A DNA stretch of 25,397 bases from a virus. Lineage: Duplodnaviria; Caudoviricetes. The stretch lies in the IMG/VR virus record IMGVR_UViG_3300037296_000154, positions 1 to 25,397 of that record. The stretch is one strand, 5' to 3'. How positions within the stretch are numbered: position 1 is the stretch's first letter; each line of letters opens with the position of its first letter. The notes under the pieces are model-generated. The model was not told the origin of the DNA and did no database searches. It was given only the letters and a program-made list of their open reading frames with translations. Positions 7,189 through 14,985 of this stretch are shown piece after piece. The translations under genes and the position numbers were made by a program.

Positions 7189-8201
7189 GCGCCAATATTC
7201 ATTGCAGCTTCATCGATTGCGCCGTATGCCTGCATTTCATCAACGGCATACCCTTCAAAGCGCCAATACTTGTCTTCCCAACGCTTACGGTCTTCTACGT
7301 TTTCAGACTTGCGTGAGCGGGTGCCTTTTTGGGTGTAGCAATGCAAGTTAGAAAGCAATGTCACCACTAAGCGTTTACCTGGGAAGAACGGCGGCGTGTA
7401 AGCGCGTAAACCACCAATCGATTTATCCATCATTTGCGCGGCAACACGTTCACTTGGCTTATCAGCTTGGTTCATCAACTTAGTCTGAGCGGCTGCGGTT
7501 AAGTCACTGCCAACTAATACAACCAAGCGTGGGTCGTTGCGGAATTGTTCAGGGATCAAGGTATTTTTAATTTCGGTAACAATGGCGTCTAGCGTTTTGT
7601 ATTCACCATCTTTCAAAACACCTGTTGCATCAGGGTTAAAGTAGATGGCATCTGTCATCACTTGGTCTGGCGCTTTGGTTTTAACTAATTGATGCCAGCC
7701 GACGTTAACGTCTTGGCCTAGCGGATTAGCTGTAGGGTCCGTGTCTGCTGCGGCAGAAGTACCATTAAAGCCAATGCGTAAAATGTCGAGGGCAAAACGC
7801 ATAGTGGCGTTTTCACTCATCAATTTCATGAATTGACGTTCACTGCCTGCATTGGCCCATACAGCTAATGTGCCCCAATCGACAAAGGCACAAGAGTCAG
7901 TTTCGACCAGTTCATAGGTATTACCGTTAACACCTTGCCCAGTAGTAAAGCGACCACCAGACTTACGCCCTGTGGCAATGCCTGTGTTACCTACGCTAAC
8001 GACTTGGCCTTTAATTTGGTCAACATCCATTGTGGTGATCAGTTTTAGAAACTCGACTGAATCAAGAATGGCGGCGCGCAGTTTGGTTTCCATTGGGCCA
8101 GTAACGCTAAATTGCTTACTCACGTCTGGTGTTTGATATCCGGTTGCCATGTTGCTGCTATAGGCAAGCAAACAGGCTAGTGCAATTGGTGTTAAATTCA
8201 T
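7173..8201 (-). CDS. Major capsid protein, P2 gpN family
   Basis: KQFSVTGPMETKLRAAI...FLKLI, ALDILRIGFNGTSAA..TDP..NPLGQDVNVGW, PPFFP...LSNLHCYTQ. Confidence 0.95.
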   Translation of the reverse strand: MNLTPIALACLLAYSSNMATGYQTPDVSKQFSVTGPMETKLRAAILDSVEFLKLITTMDVDQIKGQVVSVGNTGIATGRKSGGRFTTGQGVNGNTYELVETDSCAFVDWGTLAVWANAGSERQFMKLMSENATMRFALDILRIGFNGTSAAADTDPTANPLGQDVNVGWHQLVKTKAPDQVMTDAIYFNPDATGVLKDGEYKTLDAIVTEIKNTLIPEQFRNDPRLVVLVGSDLTAAAQTKLMNQADKPSERVAAQMMDKSIGGLRAYTPPFFPGKRLVVTLLSNLHCYTQKGTRSRKSENVEDRKRWEDKYWRFEGYAVDEMQAYGAIDEAAMNIGAAPTV

Positions 8202-8247
8202 GATGCTATCTCGCTGCTAATAAATGACTAAAGTGGTTTAGTGGGGC

Positions 8248-9147
8248 TTAAACCACTGAGTAAGAATCGCCTAGACCTGCTGGATCAGGTTCTTGGCCAC
8301 CAGTTTCTTTGCTTAGGGCGTTGAACTTGGTTTCCATCGTGCCTAGCTTTTCAGTTAAGCCGGTTAGCAGCGTTTCTACTTTACTGAACTGTTCAGCGCT
8401 AACACCTGGCGCTGTTTCATCTGTTACTGTTGCTGCGGGTGCTGCAGGTTCTGCGGGCGTTGGCGCTGGATTTTCTGGCTTTTTGCCAAAGGTTTCCACT
8501 TTGGTTTCAAGCTCTGTTAGCTTGGTGCCAAACGTTTCAAACTTACCCATAAGGGCGTCAAATTGTGCTTTGTCCATTGGTGGTTCCTCGGTTGGTTCGG
8601 TTGCCGTGTCTGGCTGAGTAAAGTAATCGCGTAGCATGGCAAACAAACCCTTTTCCGTTGGTTTTGCTTGTTCGGTAATGAAGTCGCTTTGTTGCAACTC
8701 TTCTAATTGGCTGTATTCGTGGTCGTGGTGGTTTTCACCGACTGAGAATTTAAGGCGGGTTGTGCCTGTTGAGGCTGGCGAGTCAGTCACGGCAATGCCT
8801 TGTAAATAGGCTTTGCCAGTGCTTTTATAATCAATGTTTGGCTCGATAGACATAAACAGCTTTTGGCCATCGGCGTTGGCGGCAAGTAGGTAATCATTAG
8901 CCGTTAACTTAACGAACAAGCGTAACTGACCATCTTTTTTAGCGGCTTTTACTTCGTCAACTGTGCCCCAGTTTTTACCTTCAAACGGTGCCCAAGATGA
9001 ACGGAAATGTTCAGGCCAAATAAGCGCTGTATATTCATCAACTGAATATTGCGCGGCCATGTCTTCAATCCACTGTTTGGTGATAGTGCGACCGTCGACT
9101 GTTGCGCCTTCAGTTGCTGCGATAACCCATCCAGTTTGCTTGCCCAT
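8248..9147 (-). CDS. Capsid scaffolding/protease protein, P2 gpO family
   Basis: WVIAATEGATVDGRTI...WIEDMA..Y, ALIWPEH, KAYLQGIAVTDSPASTGT. Start is 9147 (GCAGG SD) or 9162. Confidence 0.92.
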   Translation of the reverse strand: MGKQTGWVIAATEGATVDGRTITKQWIEDMAAQYSVDEYTALIWPEHFRSSWAPFEGKNWGTVDEVKAAKKDGQLRLFVKLTANDYLLAANADGQKLFMSIEPNIDYKSTGKAYLQGIAVTDSPASTGTTRLKFSVGENHHDHEYSQLEELQQSDFITEQAKPTEKGLFAMLRDYFTQPDTATEPTEEPPMDKAQFDALMGKFETFGTKLTELETKVETFGKKPENPAPTPAEPAAPAATVTDETAPGVSAEQFSKVETLLTGLTEKLGTMETKFNALSKETGGQEPDPAGLGDSYSVV

Positions 9148-9240
9148 GTTATTGCCTGCCATTTGTTGGTTTAAAAACTAAATATTGCTTTCAAGGCCTA
9201 CAGCTTATGGCTTTTACAAGGTGCAATCACTTGGCAAAGT

Positions 9241-9281
9241 TCGGCCTAATTCCGATTTTTGCGTTATCGGAATCTAGCCGA
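9241..9281. promoter_or_regulatory. Pair of TCGG-N7-CCGA palindromic boxes in the divergent late promoter region; candidate late-activator (Ogr-like) sites
   Basis: TCGGcctaattCCGA (9241-9255) and TCGGaatctagCCGA (9267-9281), between divergent gpO and gpP starts. Confidence 0.55.
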
Positions 9282-9349
9282 TATTTAGTGGGTTATGAGT
9301 GGCTTGATAGTCAATACACTGGCTACATTATTCATTTACCCCGAGTGAT

Positions 9350-11158
9350 ATGGCCTACTCACCTGAAATTCGCGAAGCTGCTAAACGGCTTTATTTGCGC
9401 CGCTATACACCAGACGAGATCCGCAGTGAGCTCGATTTGCCTACAAGGGTGGTGTACTACTGGGCGGATAAATATTGTTGGCGCGACATGTTGCGTGAAG
9501 AGGAAGTCGACGAGGCTATTGCACGTCGAATCGTGATGTTGACTGACATTAGCGATAAGTCGGGCAATCAGATTAAAGAGCTCGACATGCTGATTGAAAA
9601 GCATGTGAAGCTGAAAAAGCAGCGCTTAATCAGTGAGGGGCATTCGTTTGGTTCTGGTTCTAAAGCGGCTAACAATAAAGGTAGTAAAGGCGGCGATAAG
9701 CAAAGCAGTGATCAGCGATGTGACCAACAAGGTGACGAACCCAGCAAACGCAAAGGCCGCAAGCGTAAAAATGATGTTAGCCATTTAACTGCCGATGACT
9801 TTGCCGCTTGGCACGCATCGTTATTTGAATATCAAAAAACCATGTACGACAACCTGCATCATCGTATTCGTAACATTTTAAAAAGTCGTCAAATTGGTGC
9901 CACGTTTTACTTTGCGGGTGAGGCATTCGAAAACGCAGTGTTAACCGGTGATCCGCAAATATTCTTGTCAGCATCACGGGCGCAAGCCGAAGTATTCCGC
10001 AGTTACATTGTGCAAATGTCACAACAGTTTTTTGAGGTTGAATTAACCGGTAACCCCATTGTATTAAATACGGCGCACGGTGAAGCTGAACTGCGGTTTT
10101 TAAGTACTAACAGCAAAACAGCACAGAGTTATCACGGCCATGTTTATGTTGATGAATACTTTTGGATTGGTAAGTTTGACGAGTTAAACAAGTTAGCCTC
10201 TGCCATGGCCACGCATACCCGTTGGCGTAAAACCTACTTTTCAACCCCATCGACTAAAGCCCATCCGGGTTATTCGTTTTGGACGGGCGACCACTGGCGC
10301 CAAGGTAAAGCCGACCGCGAATATGTCGAGTTTCCCGGCTTTGTTGAAATGCAAGACAACGGCCGATTATGCCCAGATAAGCAATGGCGGTTTATTGTCA
10401 CCATTGAAGATGCGGTGCGTGGCGGCTGTGGCCTGTTTGATATTGACGAACTGCGCGACGAGTACAACGACAACGACTTTAATAATCTGTTTATGTGCAT
10501 TTTTGTTGATGATGCTGACAGCGTGTTTAAGTTCAGCGACCTTGAAAAATGCATGATAGATGCTGGCAAATGGCAGGACCACAAACCCAAAAATGCACGG
10601 CCGTTTGATAACCGTGAAGTGTGGTTGGGTTATGACCCATCACGCACCCGCGACAATGCCACCTTGGTTGTTGTTGCACCTGGTGAAAAGAAAGGTGAAA
10701 AATTTCGCGTGTTAGAAAAACACTATTGGCGCGGCTTAAACTTTTCACATCACGTTAGCGAAATTCAAAAGGTGTATGCACGTTATCGAGTCACTTACAT
10801 TGGCGTGGATACCACGGGTATGGGTGCAGGTGTGTTCGATTCTATCAGCACGCTTTACCCACGCGAAGCCACGGCGATTCATTACAGCGTTGGCAGTAAA
10901 ACCCGTTTAGTACTCAAGATGATTGATGTGATTGAGGGTGGCCGTATTGAATGGGACGCATCACACAAAGACATTGCTATGAGTTGTTTAGCTATTAGGC
11001 GCACTGTAACTGATTCAGGCGGTGCCATTACTTTTAAAGCGAGTCGGGACCAAGTGACCGGACACGCTGACGTTTTCTTTGCGATTGCCCATGCGGTGAT
11101 CAACGAACCTCTAAATCATGCACACAAAAGGTCATCATCATGGGCAATGCAACACTAA
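9350..11158 (+). CDS. Terminase large (ATPase) subunit, P2 gpP family
   Basis: N-terminal HTH ([14 protein letters not shown]), [52 protein letters not shown]. Confidence 0.96.
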   Translation: MAYSPEIREAAKRLYLRRYTPDEIRSELDLPTRVVYYWADKYCWRDMLREEEVDEAIARRIVMLTDISDKSGNQIKELDMLIEKHVKLKKQRLISEGHSFGSGSKAANNKGSKGGDKQSSDQRCDQQGDEPSKRKGRKRKNDVSHLTADDFAAWHASLFEYQKTMYDNLHHRIRNILKSRQIGATFYFAGEAFENAVLTGDPQIFLSASRAQAEVFRSYIVQMSQQFFEVELTGNPIVLNTAHGEAELRFLSTNSKTAQSYHGHVYVDEYFWIGKFDELNKLASAMATHTRWRKTYFSTPSTKAHPGYSFWTGDHWRQGKADREYVEFPGFVEMQDNGRLCPDKQWRFIVTIEDAVRGGCGLFDIDELRDEYNDNDFNNLFMCIFVDDADSVFKFSDLEKCMIDAGKWQDHKPKNARPFDNREVWLGYDPSRTRDNATLVVVAPGEKKGEKFRVLEKHYWRGLNFSHHVSEIQKVYARYRVTYIGVDTTGMGAGVFDSISTLYPREATAIHYSVGSKTRLVLKMIDVIEGGRIEWDASHKDIAMSCLAIRRTVTDSGGAITFKASRDQVTGHADVFFAIAHAVINEPLNHAHKRSSSWAMQH

Positions 11159-12171
11159 CCGCGGCGAACGACGAAGCCGTGAACGACGCGGATCAACCAA
11201 AAATTAATAAACCTGTGGTGTTCAGTTTGCCCGAGCAAGTGATGCCTAATATGTGGCTAACTGATTACGACTCGCTTTATTACAACTCAAGCGACGAATA
11301 TTGGGAACCGCCGATTGATAGACAATTACTGGCTAACCTTACCCGTCGTAATGCCCAGCATGGCGGCATAGTGCAAAGCCGCGCCAATATGGCCGTGTCT
11401 CGTTTTGTGTCGGGTGGTATGAGTGCTCAAGAAATGGGTGCAGCGCTTTTAAACTGTGTACAGTTTGGTGACGTGGCGTTGTTGAAAATTCGTAATGGCT
11501 TTGGTCAGGTTGTGCGGTTATTCCCGCTGCCCAGTTATCGCAGTCGTGTGGGTAAGGATGGCGGCGCGGTGGTGTTAGAACGTGACCAACAATTTAAGCG
11601 TTACAAGGCTAAAGATATTATTTGGGTTCGTCAGTATGACCCTGTGCAACAGGTTTATGGTTGCCCCGATTATTTAGGCGGTTTGCAGGCAGCATTGCTC
11701 AATGAAGATGCCACTTTGTTTAGACGCAAATATTACATCAACGGTGCCCACATGGGTTTCATCATGTATGCCACTGACCCGAACCTAGACCCTGATGTTG
11801 AACAGGATATCAAAGAGAAAATTCAAGATTCAAAAGGCGTGGGTAACTTCAAATCACTGTTTGTGAATATTCCCAACGGTAAAGAAAAAGGCTTGCAGAT
11901 TATCCCCGTGGGTAATTTTGAAAGTAAAGACGAGTTTATGAACGTGAAGAACGTGTCGGCACAAGACGTATTAAATGCTCATCGTTTTCCGCCTGGCTTA
12001 GCCGGCATTATCCCCGCGAACACTGCTGGCCTTGGCGACCCTGCAAAATATGACTTGGTTTATTTTAAAAATGAGACTCGACCGCTGATTAACAATTTTG
12101 TCAATGCGGTTGAACGTGACCCAGAAGTTGGCGGCAAGTTAAAATTGGTTTTTGATATGGAATCAAATTAG
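11140..12171 (+). CDS. Portal protein, PBSX/P2 gpQ family
   Basis: [74 protein letters not shown]. Confidence 0.96.
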   Translation: MGNATLTAANDEAVNDADQPKINKPVVFSLPEQVMPNMWLTDYDSLYYNSSDEYWEPPIDRQLLANLTRRNAQHGGIVQSRANMAVSRFVSGGMSAQEMGAALLNCVQFGDVALLKIRNGFGQVVRLFPLPSYRSRVGKDGGAVVLERDQQFKRYKAKDIIWVRQYDPVQQVYGCPDYLGGLQAALLNEDATLFRRKYYINGAHMGFIMYATDPNLDPDVEQDIKEKIQDSKGVGNFKSLFVNIPNGKEKGLQIIPVGNFESKDEFMNVKNVSAQDVLNAHRFPPGLAGIIPANTAGLGDPAKYDLVYFKNETRPLINNFVNAVERDPEVGGKLKLVFDMESN

Positions 12172-12879
12172 CTTAGAAATTTTGGCCACTCCATAGTAAT
12201 CAAATAAAAATAGCGGAAAACCGCTCAATACAGCCACATCGCCGGCAACAATATGTTTTTCTTTTTGTTTCATAAATATTTGGGCAGAAGGTAATAAAGT
12301 TGTTGGCATACAATATTCATCATTCACTAAATAATTAGCTTTTTGTAAGTTTGCAGAAATCAAACGTTTCCAACTATCTATTTTTAATGTTGTAAGATTT
12401 AAAAAAACTTTATCACCCTCTCTACTAGTAATACCTTTATATGATTTCCCTAATGATATTTTAGACACTAGATTTTGATAAACACTTAAGTCATCTAAAT
12501 GTCTTAAAGACTCTACCATAGGATAACTTATATAAAGTTTTCCCTTTTCTGTTTCCTCATTAAAAAAATCAAGCATATTCTGTAATTTCACATTACATGC
12601 TGTTGGTACATGCCCGTCATAATCAAAAAACAAATATATTTCAGCAATATCTGAAAAATCGATATGTTTCAGGATTTCCTTATTTTGGGATCTTTCCTTT
12701 AATATATAAAAAAGCTCTAAATCTTCATCTTTCTGCAAGGTATGATATAAGCTATAAATTTCCCCACAGAAAACACCAACGATTACAGTAGCATCGTTGA
12801 AAAAATGTTGTGCCATGCTTCTCTTTATACAAACTTCTGTCTTCTCGCCCTCAAAGACGAACAATATTGTATTAGTCAC
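12163..12879 (-). CDS. TOPRIM-like / RloB-like partner of the ATPase (putative anti-phage effector)
   Basis: GTG start overlapping the ATPase stop; ILFVFEGEKTE (TOPRIM conserved Glu), IYLFFDYDGH (DxD), LYISYPMVE (RloB-like SNPxFE position); AT-rich. Confidence 0.65.
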   Translation of the reverse strand: MTNTILFVFEGEKTEVCIKRSMAQHFFNDATVIVGVFCGEIYSLYHTLQKDEDLELFYILKERSQNKEILKHIDFSDIAEIYLFFDYDGHVPTACNVKLQNMLDFFNEETEKGKLYISYPMVESLRHLDDLSVYQNLVSKISLGKSYKGITSREGDKVFLNLTTLKIDSWKRLISANLQKANYLVNDEYCMPTTLLPSAQIFMKQKEKHIVAGDVAVLSGFPLFLFDYYGVAKISKLI

Positions 12880-13987
12880 CGAAAGAACCTGCTCTGTACA
12901 TTTTTTCAATATTATGAGCTTCTCTCAAATCTTTAGAAGTACTATTTGACAGAGATTCGATACCACTTTCTTTCAATAGAAAATAACAATCAGGTCTTAA
13001 AAGCTCGTTAGTCATAACAGATGTGTTGTGACTAGTGATCACAACTTGCGACTTTATCTCACGTAATCTTTTAATAATAGCTTCTGATAATGAATGGTGA
13101 TAAAAAGCATCAAACTCATCTATAAATAGAAAAGTTACTTTTGATTCACTACCTCTGAGCCTTTGTAACCAGAAATAAAACAATGCTAAAGACTTAGTCC
13201 CTTGAGATGCTATCTCATAAAAAGGGATTAGTTTTGAACCAAATGAAAAAGCTAAACCAGGTTTATCCGTTTCTTCAATTACTTCAAGTTTACATTTTAC
13301 TCCAACTTCATTAAGAAATGATTCGAAATCTTCTACATTTTTTCTTTCAACTATGTCTCCAGTTATAGTAGTTGACCCTTGTTCAAATCCAATATAATTA
13401 TTTTGTTCTAAAGATCTAAAAAAAAGCATTCCATTAACAAATTCAACAAACTTATAAAAACATTTATTCGTATCATTAGGTGTGAGTACTGTATTTTTTT
13501 TAATGTATGAGACTATGGAAATCTGTGAATCACCGATATCCCTAACTAAATTCTCTGCGCCATCAATATTAAAATTTGCTATTGTGTTTTTATTTCTATC
13601 TATTGCAGCAAAGAGCACATCATTAATATAAAGAGATTCCGAAATTAAAGTTTCTTTATCGCTTTTACTATACTCATATTGGACATTTCCGCAGTCAAAT
13701 CGAAAGTTATATTTGAACCTTGCAAATCCAGAGCTATTTTTTGCATTCAAGAAATTTGAATATCCCGATGAACCAGGATGCTTATCCGTCAAATGGCTAA
13801 TCAAATCTAAGAGGGCAAAACCCAAATTAGATTTCCCGCTTCCATTATGTCCATAAATCAAACTTTTATTAACAATATTATTTTTTACACAGTCAGTATT
13901 GAATGCGTAGTTGTTAGTTTTAGTAAAATCAAATACAAACTTTTTTTCAAAGTTTTTAAAGTTTTCGACTTCAAATCTAGCTAACAT
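12872..13987 (-). CDS. ABC-type AAA ATPase (AAA_21 / RloA / AbiLi-like)
   Basis: MLARFEVENFKNF start with GGAG SD; Walker A GHNGSGKS, signature-like ASQGTK, Walker B LFIDEFDAFYH, H-loop ITSHN, LLRPDC. Confidence 0.88.
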   Translation of the reverse strand: MLARFEVENFKNFEKKFVFDFTKTNNYAFNTDCVKNNIVNKSLIYGHNGSGKSNLGFALLDLISHLTDKHPGSSGYSNFLNAKNSSGFARFKYNFRFDCGNVQYEYSKSDKETLISESLYINDVLFAAIDRNKNTIANFNIDGAENLVRDIGDSQISIVSYIKKNTVLTPNDTNKCFYKFVEFVNGMLFFRSLEQNNYIGFEQGSTTITGDIVERKNVEDFESFLNEVGVKCKLEVIEETDKPGLAFSFGSKLIPFYEIASQGTKSLALFYFWLQRLRGSESKVTFLFIDEFDAFYHHSLSEAIIKRLREIKSQVVITSHNTSVMTNELLRPDCYFLLKESGIESLSNSTSKDLREAHNIEKMYRAGSFGD

Positions 13988-14046
13988 TACTGTACTCCAA
14001 GCGATTTTGTACTCTATTAGCTCGGATGATATCATAAAAAAATCAC

Positions 14047-14069
14047 CTACCGTAAAAAAATTACGGCAG
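14047..14069. promoter_or_regulatory. Operator-like inverted repeat upstream of the ATPase cassette
   Basis: CTaCCGTAA-AAAAA-TTACGGcAG. Confidence 0.5.
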
Positions 14070-14102
14070 ATTATGATGATTTATTTTTAATCAATGTAAG
14101 TA

Positions 14103-14122
14103 TACTGTTTAAAAAAACAGTG
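14103..14122. promoter_or_regulatory. LexA (SOS) box upstream of ogr
   Basis: TACTGT-TTAAAAAA-ACAGTG matches gammaproteobacterial CTGT-N8-ACAG; overlaps TATACT at 14101-14106. Confidence 0.75.
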
Positions 14123-14165
14123 TTATCGCTTAAACTATTTGCACTCTAACGATTGGGAGATCGAC

Positions 14166-14417
14166 ATGCGGGTGTTATGTACTAGTTGCGGTAAAAAAGC
14201 GGTTATCGGTAAAACCGACAGATTAAGTCTGGCACATGCTAATTTGTATTGTTCATGCTCTGACCCAGAGTGTGGCCATACATTCGTTGCAAACGTATCG
14301 TTTAGCCACACTCTGAGTCCTTCATCTAAAAACACTACTGAAGTTGTGTCAGCATTAGTCAAATCACTGTCACCATCTCAACGTAAAGAGCTACAACAAG
14401 AACTTGCTTTGTTTTAG
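14166..14417 (+). CDS. ogr: Ogr/Delta family zinc-finger late-gene activator
   Basis: MRVLCTSCGKKAVI...LYCSCSDPECGHTFVANVSFSHTLSPS; GGGAG SD before ATG 14166. Confidence 0.92.
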   Translation: MRVLCTSCGKKAVIGKTDRLSLAHANLYCSCSDPECGHTFVANVSFSHTLSPSSKNTTEVVSALVKSLSPSQRKELQQELALF

Positions 14418-14569
14418 TCTGATGTACTTTTATCTATTGCTTCGTACTCAACCAACTTCGCCAAAATCGACACCGCAACATCTTTTTTAGACTCACTTGT
14501 TTGCATAGTATACGTATCAATCAACATCTGTAATTGCTCAACTAAAATCATTTTGTCATCCATTTTCAT
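14414..14569 (-). CDS. Small unannotated protein downstream of gene A, possibly Tum-like antirepressor
   Basis: Below the ORF-track cutoff. MKMDDKMILVEQLQMLIDTYTMQTSESKKDVAVSILAKLVEYEAIDKSTSD*; GAG upstream; alternative starts 14563 or GTG 14587; stop overlaps the ogr stop. Confidence 0.55.
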   Translation of the reverse strand: MKMDDKMILVEQLQMLIDTYTMQTSESKKDVAVSILAKLVEYEAIDKSTSD

Positions 14570-14763
14570 GTTCTCATAATTAGGCACACCAATAGCGGTG
14601 CCTTAGTTATTCTCCACACATTTTCAGTCGCACAACCTTTCCAAAATTCAAAAAGCTAAAACAAAAAATGACTGTTTTTTATGTTAGGAATAAATGACTA
14701 ACATGATTCCAAAAACGCGCAACCTACTATTAATCAATGCATTAACTTTAAAATGTATAACAC

Positions 14764-14985
14764 TCACTTCCTACATCGCATGACCATAATGTTATTTAAT
14801 GTCACACGGCACTTTTCGCGCTGATCTTCGGGCAAACGTTCCAACCACTGGCGAACTGCTTGCTTATTCGCACTGTCTAATTTTTTTTTGCAAAGCTGAT
14901 AGCGATTTAAACATTCAACGGTAAATTGTTGTGCGTCGGCTATGGCCTTTAGGTCTGCTGGATTGTTACGGTTAAAAATCGGCAT
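14764..14985 (-). CDS. Hypothetical phage protein following gene A
   Basis: ATG 14985 with GAGG SD, overlapping the end of gene A: MPIFNRNNPADLKAIADAQQF... Confidence 0.65.
   Translation of the reverse strand: MPIFNRNNPADLKAIADAQQFTVECLNRYQLCKKKLDSANKQAVRQWLERLPEDQREKCRVTLNNIMVMRCRK

Noticed and set aside
286-9181. Many plus-strand ORFs of 60-140 aa in the track (e.g. 727..969, 1395..1724, 4348..4647, 8309..8617)
   Set aside because: Antisense shadows of well-supported minus-strand structural genes, with no SD or motifs
9207-11103. Alternative ORFs overlapping the large terminase
   Set aside because: Shadow or out-of-frame ORFs within a strongly conserved gene
14672-14687. Second bona fide LexA box
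   Set aside because: CTG-N10-TAG has a mismatch in the invariant CAG and lies in T-rich DNA; mentioned only as tentative
12172-14760. P2-type cos site in the A-Q interval
   Set aside because: No GGCGAGGCGGGGAAAGCAC-like sequence seen; in the HP1-type layout cos lies elsewhere
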